Origin: Elusimicrobia bacterium RIFCSPLOWO2_01_FULL_64_13
Lineage (GTDB): Bacteria; Elusimicrobiota; Elusimicrobia; 2-02-FULL-39-32
Direction: 5' to 3'
NCBI GenBank assembly: GCA_001800095.1
Contig: MGUT01000037.1
Location: 1,019 to 28,608, forward strand
DNA length: 27,590 nucleotides
Shown in pieces: positions 1 through 7,384 of the stretch. The position numbers and the translations under genes were made by a program. How positions within the stretch are numbered: the first letter of the stretch is position 1; each line of letters begins with the position of its first letter. Under the pieces are notes generated by a model. It worked only from the letters and a program-made list of their open reading frames with translations, did not search any database and had not been told where the DNA came from.

Positions 1-353
1 CTGACGGCCGTGCGGGTCGAGTCGGAGTCGGTGAACTTGATCTCGAGGGTGTTCGAGTTGCCCGTCGCCTTGTAGCGGAAGCGGAGGGCGTTCCCTCCTT
101 CTGCCGCGAGGTTGATCTGGCTGTAATCCTTGATGAACTGCGCGAAGTTCCCGGTATCGATGTTGTAGAGCATCTCGACCGCGTTGCCTTCGGTCCCGGC
201 GACGGACTGCAGGAGAGCGGTGGAGCCGGCGTCCGTGGAGATGGTCATGGTGAACGTGGAGGAATAGGCGTCCAGAACGAGGGCCCGGGCCTTTCCCCAA
301 GGCGCGAAGAGGAGGACGGCGAGAAGGACGGACGCGCTCTTGGATCTCATCAT
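1..353 (-). CDS. Secreted protein with a CBM11/CIA30-like beta-sandwich (partial, runs off the window start)
   Basis: Not in the ORF track; translated by hand from ATG at 353, which overlaps the upstream TGA: MMRSKSASVLLAVLLFAPWGKARA|LVLDAYSSTFTMTISTDAGSTALLQSVAGTEGNAVEMLYNIDTGNFAQFIKDYSQINLAAEGGNALRFRYKATGNSNTLEIKFTDSD. Signal peptide ends in A-R-A. The ALRFRYK...TLEIKFTD pattern resembles CBM11-like domains. Confidence 0.65.
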   Translation of the reverse strand, partial: MMRSKSASVLLAVLLFAPWGKARALVLDAYSSTFTMTISTDAGSTALLQSVAGTEGNAVEMLYNIDTGNFAQFIKDYSQINLAAEGGNALRFRYKATGNSNTLEIKFTDSDSTRTAV

Positions 354-1282
354 CAGAACTCCAGACCGACCGTGGCCCGGTGCGACCCGGCGGTCTTTTC
401 GATCTTCAAGGGCCAGAGGAAGCCGTAATCGACGGCCACGGCGATCCTTCTTGTGATCGGGAAGCCGATGCCGAACCCGGTCCCGACCTGGTCGAGGTCG
501 CTGCCCACCCTGGCCTTGAAGCTCTTGTCGAGGAATTCCGCTTCCAGGCCCATGTGCGGGGTGATCTCATTGGCTCGCAGGGTCACGTCCACGGGAAGGG
601 CGTAGCGGTCCCAGCGGTAGAGGAGGCCAGCCGCCACTTCCTTGGGCAGGCGCTCCGTCTGCCTGTAGCCGAGGTTGGGCTGGTTCAGGGACCGCAGGGA
701 CAGCCCCAGGGACAGGCCTTCCAGTTGCTCCGGGTCCGGCGCGGCGTAGATGTGGGCGTCCACCGTGTAGGCCTGGTTCCTGCCGCCGTTGATGAATACC
801 GGGTCCCTCCTGGTCCGCTCGTCCAGATGGAAGGCCTGCGTCAGATACCGCACGGAAACGCCCAGGGAGAACTCTCCCTTGTAGCCGAAGCCGGCGAGCC
901 AGTCCTCCAGGCGCCTGGCGTAGGTGAGGACGCCAGTGTCCTCCCTGTAGAGGTCCTTGGTCTCGAAACTGGCCCAGGCCAGGCCGAAGGCGGCCTTGGC
1001 GCTGACGGGATGGACGTAGCCGAATTGGCTCAATGAGAGGGTCGCCTCGTCCAGGCCCTGGAAAAGCCGGGCGTAAGTGAAATGGACCTTGGGCCTCTTG
1101 ACCTTGACGGTGGCCGCCGCGTTGTAAAGCGTCCCGGCGGGATCGTCGGAGAGGGCCGTGAACGCGCCGCCCAGGGCCGCGACCCTGGCCGACCAGTAGG
1201 GGTCCAGGAACGCGCTCCGGGCTTTCGAGGGCAGGGCGGCGGCCAGGAAAAGAAGGCAGAGAAGCGCGCGGGAACGGGTCAC
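353..1282 (-). CDS. PorV/PorQ-like outer-membrane beta-barrel protein
   Basis: 309 aa with a signal peptide. The N-terminal motif SARVAALGGAFTALSDDPAGTLYNAA matches the FadL/PorV/PorQ-type pattern; alternating beta-strands follow; C-terminal Phe (GLEF). GTG start overlaps the upstream stop (GTGA at 1279-1282). Confidence 0.8.
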   Translation of the reverse strand: MTRSRALLCLLFLAAALPSKARSAFLDPYWSARVAALGGAFTALSDDPAGTLYNAAATVKVKRPKVHFTYARLFQGLDEATLSLSQFGYVHPVSAKAAFGLAWASFETKDLYREDTGVLTYARRLEDWLAGFGYKGEFSLGVSVRYLTQAFHLDERTRRDPVFINGGRNQAYTVDAHIYAAPDPEQLEGLSLGLSLRSLNQPNLGYRQTERLPKEVAAGLLYRWDRYALPVDVTLRANEITPHMGLEAEFLDKSFKARVGSDLDQVGTGFGIGFPITRRIAVAVDYGFLWPLKIEKTAGSHRATVGLEF

Positions 1283-4200
1283 TTCGCCACCCCGATGGTC
1301 CCGGAAACGTTCAGCCGGCCCGATTTCACGTTATAGACGTAGACTCCGTTCTCCGCGACCTGGCCGTCGTCGCGCCTGCCGTCCCAGATGTTGAGGTTGA
1401 CGAGCTTGCGGATCCGGCGCCCCCTGATGTCGAAAATGAATATCTCGAAATCCCCCGTGATGCCGAACTGGGCGAAATCGTTGATCCTGTCCCCATTGGG
1501 AGTGATGATCTTCTCCCGGGGGCGGACGTCCGCTTCGGCGGGCAGTCCTCCGGAGAAGAGGCCGAACGTGCTGAAATGGGCTATGGTCCCGCTCACGGTA
1601 TTGACGGAAGCGTTGACCGTTCCTCCGAGGTTCCTCCAGGCGAAACCGTCGTGCCAGAAGAGCTTCAGGGTCGTCTCGTCGATCGAGGCGCCGTCCACGA
1701 GCCCGTCCTGGTCCTTGTCGGGATAGACCATGGTCAAAGTGACCGGCTTGGCGAAAGTGAGGCCGGTCGGGCCGAACTCGTACGCCGCGGCGGGCGAGTC
1801 GTTCCCATTCTTGGGAGCGGCCGCGGGGGAAACGGAGCGGGCCGTCACCTGGACGCCTCCCGCCACGGCGCCGGCCGGGATCACCAGAGAGGTCTCCCCG
1901 TCGGACGGGTCGCCGTCGTTCACGGTCACGGTGCCTCCGCCGGGGCCGATCTCGGGCGATGTGGTCGTTTCGCTGACCGTCACCGTGTGGACGCCCGTGG
2001 CGGGGCTGGAGGACGTCCTCTGGCCGTCGTAGGCCCTGATGACGTATTCGAACCCGCCGGCGGAGGCGCTGTCCGTCACGAAGGCGGAGGGGACCGTCCC
2101 GGAGCCGGAATAGCTCGTGCCGGAGACCGCGGGCGAGAAGTCCGCGCCGGTGAAGGCCGATTCTCCGATCTTCCTATAGCGGAGCGTCACGGATTGGAGG
2201 GTCCTGATGCTCGAGACCACGGCCGAGAGCACGATGTCGTTGCCGAGGAAGCCGATGGAGGTCAGGGCCGTGTGGACGATCTCGGGGTCGTCGCTCGTGA
2301 CGAACCTGAAGGACGGGGATGGGTCCGCGGCGACCAGGTCGCCGTTATAGCCCACGACCAGGTACCAATAGGATGTGTTGCCCTGGAGGCCGGTGTCCTC
2401 ATAGGTGAACGTGTTGCCGGTCAACGTGGAGACGACGACGAACGTGCCGGAGGCGGCCGAGACCTCGGGGGCGCGCTTGAGGACGAACTGTCCGTTGCCG
2501 CCGGTCGCGGTGCTCCAGGCGACCGTCAGGGTGCTTGTGGTCCTGCCGGACAGGGTCATGGAAGGGACGGGAAGCGAGAGGGTGTAGCGGGCGACCGTGG
2601 CGGAGTCGGCGAATTCGAGAGGGGTCTTGAACGGACGCACGAAGCGCCCGTATTGGGTGTTGGGGGAGAGGCCGGTCTCGATCCAGAACGTGGTGTCCGC
2701 CGCCAGGTCCGGAGATACCTTGCCCGTGGTCGAGGAATAGACCCGGAAGCCGGCCTCGTTGGAGGAGTTGTCGAACCAGTTCCATTGGATGGAGCCGGTG
2801 GAGACGGCGGCCCCGGCGAAGCCCGTGGCCGGCGTGATGAGGGTCATGATGACGCCGGTGATGGCGCTCATCACGCCCTTGTTGCCGGCGAAATCCTCCG
2901 CCACGGCGCGGATCTGGTAGGAGCTTCCCGGCGTCAGGGTGTTGAAGTTCTCCAGCTCGGACGTGTAGGCGCCGTCCGCCGTGTCCGTGTCCACCCCCAG
3001 GATAAACCAGTTGGCGCCGCCGGAGAGGCCGTCGTGCTCGAATGAGACGCGCTCGATGGTGCCGTCCGCCTGGGATGCGAAGGCGGTCACGTTCAGAGTG
3101 TCCGTGGATGAGAGGGACATGCCGGAGGCCAGGGAGATGCTTCCTTTAAGGAGGGACGTGGGCGCGGACGGGGTGCTCGAGTCCACGAATCGGATGTTAT
3201 CGACGTAGAAGGTGACGGGCGTGGCCAGGTCGATGGGCGGCCCTCTTCCCGTCGAATCGTTTATCATCCAAAAATTGACTTTGGAAAGACTGGACATCGC
3301 GACGGCGAACGCGCCCGTGGATATGGAGATTTCCTGGTAAGATGTGGTCAATGTGATGGAGCTGGCGCTGATCTTGTCCGAACTGACCTCATCGTCCAGG
3401 CCGATGCCTATGATCTCCGTTTCAGCCGTGACGTCCACGTTGGCGTCTCCCTTCAGTTGGAATGTGAGCTTGTCCGTTCCCGTGACATCCACGCCTATCC
3501 CGACCCCCCCTTCGACACCCGTGGTCTGCGAATCGATTTGTATGCCTGTGACCGCGGCGGACGGCAGGGTCGTGCCTGTGCCCCAGAACACCCTGTAGGA
3601 TTGCGCGCTTCCGCCGAAAGGATTGGCGCTGTCCAAACCGCGCAGAAAACCGGCGTTCGTACCTCCGATTAAGAAATCAAAAGGATTATCCCCGTAGGCC
3701 GATGATATCCCCAGCTCAAAGTTGGATATCATCACGTTCCCCGGCTCGGACGTGAACATGACGTCATCCAGATATAGGGTCTGTATCTGGGAAGAACCAG
3801 TTTCAGAGGTAAAGTTGAGGACGATACCGTCGATACTTGATAAGGATTCATAATGCTCAACGAGAAATTCCCGGAATAATGTCTTGATGGGAATATTCAC
3901 TTTCTGCCAATCCGTCGTGATTCCCGAGACCATGAATTCTTTGACATTGGGCCGCGTGGAGGGTTGTTGCCCTGGCACTATCACCGAACGTAGGGTAAGG
4001 GCGAAAGATTCCCCTCCGGCCGCGCCCCGCACCCAAAATGACAGGCCGCGCATGCCGCGGATGTCAGCTGCGGTAAATTCAAAAAGTAAGAAGGCGTTAG
4101 CGGTATCCGGGTGATTGATTCTTAAGGAATATCCCCGATTGCCAACTGCTGTTTCTGAAGATAGATGGGTTTTAAAAGATGACGTGATATTATTGACCGT

Positions 4201-4395
4201 TGTGAGAAGGCCGCCGGAGCCGATGCTTAAGGGAATGGCTCCGCTGTTGAAGTCGGCGACTACGAGGGTCTGGGCGGGAAGCAATTGGACTGACAGGAAG
4301 AGAGAGGCGGCGGCCGCCGAAAGCCATGCCGCGCTACGATGGGACGATACGATTGGATCTTCGCGATCCCGGCCGTTTTCTCTATTTTGCCTCAT
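1279..4395 (-). CDS. Large secreted surface protein: two CBM11/CIA30-like domains, Ig-like and FN3 repeats, ZU5-like domain, gliding-motility-associated (T9SS type B-like) C-terminal domain
   Basis: ATG at 4395 (TTG at 4398 is possible), 1038 aa, signal peptide ending LLPA|Q. CBM-like motifs LSFWVRG...WQKVNIP...LYLDDVMF and LTFQLKG...FYVDNIRF; FN3 motifs IQWNWFD...GLSPNTQY and LTVAWS...GLQGNTSYWY; ZU5-like IGPGGGTV...LVIPAGA...YEFGPTGLTFAKPVTL; DKDQDG Ca-loop; C-terminus IITPNGDRIND...IFDIRGRRI...WDGRRDDG...GVYVY. Confidence 0.8.
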   Translation of the reverse strand: MRQNRENGRDREDPIVSSHRSAAWLSAAAASLFLSVQLLPAQTLVVADFNSGAIPLSIGSGGLLTTVNNITSSFKTHLSSETAVGNRGYSLRINHPDTANAFLLFEFTAADIRGMRGLSFWVRGAAGGESFALTLRSVIVPGQQPSTRPNVKEFMVSGITTDWQKVNIPIKTLFREFLVEHYESLSSIDGIVLNFTSETGSSQIQTLYLDDVMFTSEPGNVMISNFELGISSAYGDNPFDFLIGGTNAGFLRGLDSANPFGGSAQSYRVFWGTGTTLPSAAVTGIQIDSQTTGVEGGVGIGVDVTGTDKLTFQLKGDANVDVTAETEIIGIGLDDEVSSDKISASSITLTTSYQEISISTGAFAVAMSSLSKVNFWMINDSTGRGPPIDLATPVTFYVDNIRFVDSSTPSAPTSLLKGSISLASGMSLSSTDTLNVTAFASQADGTIERVSFEHDGLSGGANWFILGVDTDTADGAYTSELENFNTLTPGSSYQIRAVAEDFAGNKGVMSAITGVIMTLITPATGFAGAAVSTGSIQWNWFDNSSNEAGFRVYSSTTGKVSPDLAADTTFWIETGLSPNTQYGRFVRPFKTPLEFADSATVARYTLSLPVPSMTLSGRTTSTLTVAWSTATGGNGQFVLKRAPEVSAASGTFVVVSTLTGNTFTYEDTGLQGNTSYWYLVVGYNGDLVAADPSPSFRFVTSDDPEIVHTALTSIGFLGNDIVLSAVVSSIRTLQSVTLRYRKIGESAFTGADFSPAVSGTSYSGSGTVPSAFVTDSASAGGFEYVIRAYDGQRTSSSPATGVHTVTVSETTTSPEIGPGGGTVTVNDGDPSDGETSLVIPAGAVAGGVQVTARSVSPAAAPKNGNDSPAAAYEFGPTGLTFAKPVTLTMVYPDKDQDGLVDGASIDETTLKLFWHDGFAWRNLGGTVNASVNTVSGTIAHFSTFGLFSGGLPAEADVRPREKIITPNGDRINDFAQFGITGDFEIFIFDIRGRRIRKLVNLNIWDGRRDDGQVAENGVYVYNVKSGRLNVSGTIGVAK

Positions 4396-4465
4396 CAAGG
4401 TTGAGCCGCGCGCCCGGGGGCGTGGCGCTTGTCTGCTCCATTAAACCAGAAAGAACGACGGAACG

Positions 4466-4494
4466 CTTCAACAAATTGTAAAGTCTTTGTAACA
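4466..4494. promoter_or_regulatory. Direct-repeat array A (11-bp period), putative OmpR-family operator
   Basis: CTTCAA-caaat-TGTAAA-gtctt-TGTAAC; 23 of 29 nt identical to array B at 15496-15524; 70-100 bp upstream of the surface-protein start. Confidence 0.6.
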
Positions 4495-4505
4495 ATTTTT
4501 CCTCT

Positions 4506-4514
4506 TGTGGATAA
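4506..4514. promoter_or_regulatory. Single perfect DnaA-box sequence
   Basis: TGTGGATAA is the reverse complement of TTATCCACA. One copy, in an intergenic region; function unproven. Confidence 0.3.
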
Positions 4515-4561
4515 CTCGCCGGACTCCTTTGATCGGCCGGGCCAGTCCGCGGGTTCCGCCA

Positions 4562-5122
4562 TTATTCCGGGTCTTCGGTCTGGTTTTCCTTGCGGTTGGA
4601 CTGCTCGAGGGTCTCCTTCCATCTCGCCGAGTCCCACTCGGAGACCTCGCCGGGAAGGGGCCCGGTCTCCCTGGCCTTGGGGATGGAAGCGTCGCGCGGG
4701 GCGGATACGACGGGGGGCCTTTCGCGGTTGAATTTGACGCCGAACTGGAAATGGATGCCTTCGTCGGCCATCTTGAACCAGACGACCTTGCCGAAGACGT
4801 TGCTTTCCTTCTCCCAGCCGGGAACGTGGTCCAACCCCTGTATCTGCACCCAGCCGGAATTGAGGAGGACGTTATGTAATTTTCTGTAGGGACAGGCGGG
4901 GTCGGAGCAGGAAAGGTCGCGAACGAGGGACCGGCATACGGGACATTCCTGGGACAGGGAAGAGAACGTCCATTCCAGGCCGACCCCGCCGGAATGGATG
5001 TCGCTCGTCCGGAGGCGGACGTCGTGTTCGTGCGGATCCACGGAACCCAGAGGGTGGCATCTGACCGCGAGATTCATCGCGGTTCTTTTTGAGGACCTTT
5101 TGTCTTCGCTGCCCCGGTTGAT
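4562..5122 (-). CDS. PilZ-like domain protein with an inserted four-Cys motif; start uncertain
   Basis: The frame continues upstream of the ATG at 5077 and contains DKRSSKR (RxxxR). It also has SDIHSGG (variant of D/NxSxxG), GKVVWFK...FGVKF (typical PilZ C-terminal strands) and an inserted CPVC-x8-C-x4-C. Coordinates assume an ATC start at 5122; the conservative call is 4562..5077. Confidence 0.6.
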   Translation of the reverse strand: MNRGSEDKRSSKRTAMNLAVRCHPLGSVDPHEHDVRLRTSDIHSGGVGLEWTFSSLSQECPVCRSLVRDLSCSDPACPYRKLHNVLLNSGWVQIQGLDHVPGWEKESNVFGKVVWFKMADEGIHFQFGVKFNRERPPVVSAPRDASIPKARETGPLPGEVSEWDSARWKETLEQSNRKENQTEDPE

Positions 5123-5174
5123 CCAAGCACCCCCGCAAAACGACTAAGAAATGAGACAATTCCGCGTCATCGCT

Positions 5175-5204
5175 ATCCTATAAAAATAGGACAGTTATTG
5201 TCAA
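5175..5204 (-). promoter_or_regulatory. Putative sigma70 promoter of the PilZ-like gene, overlapped by a palindrome
   Basis: Minus strand reads TTGACA-N18-TAGGAT. The palindrome TCCTAT-N4-ATAGGA (5176-5191) covers the -10 element and spacer. Confidence 0.45.
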
Positions 5205-5244
5205 GACGCGCTAATGTAAGGAAGGTCAGTCCTGAAGATTTTTG

Positions 5245-5835
5245 TTATGGGAGGGGGGTTTTCCGCGAGAACGGCGCTTTTTTTTGGACCGGGTGCTCCA
5301 AGCGGTAGGATTTCCAGATGAGCGCGCCGCCCAGCCCTGCGAACAGGAGGAAGACGATCAGCCCGACCACGAGCTCCGTGCGGACGTAGGAAGCGTCGGC
5401 GTGGAAAAGGACGACGGCGGCCTTCGGGCCTTCGACCCCGATGGGATAATCAGCGGAGAGGATGTATCTGCCTTTTTTGTCGACGATGAATTCGAAGATG
5501 GGTTCCTGGGTCCCGGCGGAATCCGAATAATAGGAGCGGGGAGGGAACTTGGCGACCTTGAAATATTCCTTCTCTTCCGCGTCTGAAAGGTAATAGGAGA
5601 TGGAGGAGAGCTTCTTCAGGTCCGCCGGTTCGACGCCCGCGGGGTTGTGCACGGCGACGTAGGTCCCGGGAAGGCGGAGGTCGAGAGAGGTCTGTCCGGG
5701 GACCTCGAACGCCGCCGGCCGGTTGAAGAAACTGGCCGCCAGGGGAACGAGGCCCACTGACAGTGCCAGAAGCCCCAGGAGACAAAACGCCCCCCCGGTC
5801 CAATAGCCCCAGGGAGCGCGGGCGCCGCGGGTCAT
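5245..5835 (-). CDS. Hypothetical membrane protein (N- and C-terminal TM helices, soluble domain between)
   Basis: 196 aa; hydrophobic segments GAFCLLGLLALSVGLVPLAASFF and LVVGLIVFLLFAGLGGALIW; ATGA overlap with the regulator stop. Confidence 0.65.
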   Translation of the reverse strand: MTRGARAPWGYWTGGAFCLLGLLALSVGLVPLAASFFNRPAAFEVPGQTSLDLRLPGTYVAVHNPAGVEPADLKKLSSISYYLSDAEEKEYFKVAKFPPRSYYSDSAGTQEPIFEFIVDKKGRYILSADYPIGVEGPKAAVVLFHADASYVRTELVVGLIVFLLFAGLGGALIWKSYRLEHPVQKKAPFSRKTPLP

Positions 5836-6521
5836 TTCCTTTGGTCGAAGCGGTAGCCCACGCCGGGAACGCTCTTGATCTTGACGCCGTAGGGAAACAG
5901 TTTCTTGCGCAGGCGGTCGATATGAGTGTAGACGGTCGATATGAGGGAATTGCAGTTGGCTCCCCAGACGTGGTCGAATATCAATTTGTCGCTCAAGACC
6001 CGCCTCCGGTTCTTGAAAAGAAGCTCCAGTATCTCGAATTCCTTGGGAGTCAGGTGGACGTCCTTCTGGTCGGCCTGCACGACGCGTCTGCCGAAGTCTA
6101 TGGTCAGGATGGGGCTCTTGACCACGTTGAACGTCGGATGCTGCATGGCGGCGTAGCGCCGCAGGACCACGTTGACCCGGGCGATGAGCTCCTTCGGCCG
6201 GAAGGGCTTGGTGATGAAGTCGTCCGCGCCCAGGTTCAGCCCGGAGACCTTGTCGATCTCCTGGTCCCGGACCGTGACGAATATGATGGGGATCTGCTGC
6301 GTGGGCTCCTTTTCCTTGATCTCCCTGCAGAACTCGAGGCCCCCCTTCAAGGGAAGCTCCACGTCCAGGAGGATCAGGTCCGGCCGGATGGACAGCACTT
6401 TCTCCCAGGCGTCCTCCGTGGTCTTGGCGGTCGAGACCCGGAAATGGTCGTTCCGCAGTATGTCGGTCAGGAGGTCGCAGATCTTGGGGTCGTCGTCCAC
6501 TATGAGGATCTTGCCTTTCAT
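5832..6521 (-). CDS. OmpR/PhoB-family response regulator
   Basis: REC domain (ILIVDDD, LLDVELP, DDFITKPF) plus winged helix (LTPKEFEILELL, TVYTHIDRLRKKL, VPGVGYRF). Confidence 0.92.
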   Translation of the reverse strand: MKGKILIVDDDPKICDLLTDILRNDHFRVSTAKTTEDAWEKVLSIRPDLILLDVELPLKGGLEFCREIKEKEPTQQIPIIFVTVRDQEIDKVSGLNLGADDFITKPFRPKELIARVNVVLRRYAAMQHPTFNVVKSPILTIDFGRRVVQADQKDVHLTPKEFEILELLFKNRRRVLSDKLIFDHVWGANCNSLISTVYTHIDRLRKKLFPYGVKIKSVPGVGYRFDQRK

Positions 6522-7384
6522 TTTGTCGTCTCCTTGTTTTTCCGGTCCGGGGTTGTCCAGTCCGCCCGGTCGATACGAAGGATAACTTGTCCTTCGGGAT
6601 TTTTCAAGTCCACCGCCTCGGCCCAGGGGGTCCCCTCCGGCATGAAGCGGCCGTACTTTTTTTCCGCCAGGGCCGCCTGCTCGACGATGGATTCGCGCAG
6701 GAGCCCCGAGACCGCCGTCACAGTGGAGACGCCCGCCGCGTATCCCGCTCCGCTCACGGTGAGGGAGAGCGTCTTCCGCTCCTGGTCGTAATCCGGCTCA
6801 ACCTCGCCTATCCCCAGGAGGACCCCGAGGAAGGGATTGGCCCGCGCGCCCATGTTGATGCGCGAGGCCATCCACCGGCCCAGGTATTCCTGCAGGGAAA
6901 GGTCCCGCCAGTCGTCCCCGGAGAGCGCGCTCCCGGGAGGGACCTTGCGCATCTCGAGGACCAGGCGTTCATCGAAATCGGGTTTGGATATCCTCCAATA
7001 GAACAGGTCCTTCAAGTCCTGCATCTTCCGGACGATCCGCGTCTCCACTCCCCAGACGGGGTCCCGGGCCTCGATCACGGTGTAGTCGATCTCGGCGTCG
7101 GTGGACAGGGATATCCTGGAAATGGAGAGCATGGCGTCTTCCAGCTTTTTCAAGGCGTCCTTGGGCAGGTCCAGGTCGGGGGACACCATGTTGTCTATAT
7201 CGAGAGAGACGTACAGGGTCTTCCCCACGAGTCCGGTCCGGACTTCCGCCCCCAACTCCTTGCGGAACAATTCGCGGATGGACCCCTCCAGGTCCTTTTT
7301 GGGATAGGAGGGTCCGCAGCCGGCCAGGATGGCGATGAAGGCCGCCGCGGTCAGGGCGCGCGCCAGAGTTTCTGGCTCCCTCAC
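6518..7384 (-). CDS. Hypothetical lipoprotein
   Basis: 288 aa; hydrophobic signal followed by lipobox LAG|C; overlaps the ftsH-like stop (GTGA) and the regulator start (ATGA). Confidence 0.7.
   Translation of the reverse strand: MREPETLARALTAAAFIAILAGCGPSYPKKDLEGSIRELFRKELGAEVRTGLVGKTLYVSLDIDNMVSPDLDLPKDALKKLEDAMLSISRISLSTDAEIDYTVIEARDPVWGVETRIVRKMQDLKDLFYWRISKPDFDERLVLEMRKVPPGSALSGDDWRDLSLQEYLGRWMASRINMGARANPFLGVLLGIGEVEPDYDQERKTLSLTVSGAGYAAGVSTVTAVSGLLRESIVEQAALAEKKYGRFMPEGTPWAEAVDLKNPEGQVILRIDRADWTTPDRKNKETTK

Noticed and set aside
4505-5159. ORFs 4505..4879+, 4590..4889+, 4429..4731+, 4395..4637- and 4872..5159-
   Set aside because: They overlap the PilZ-like frame or the regulatory region and show no motifs; the PilZ-like frame explains the region better.
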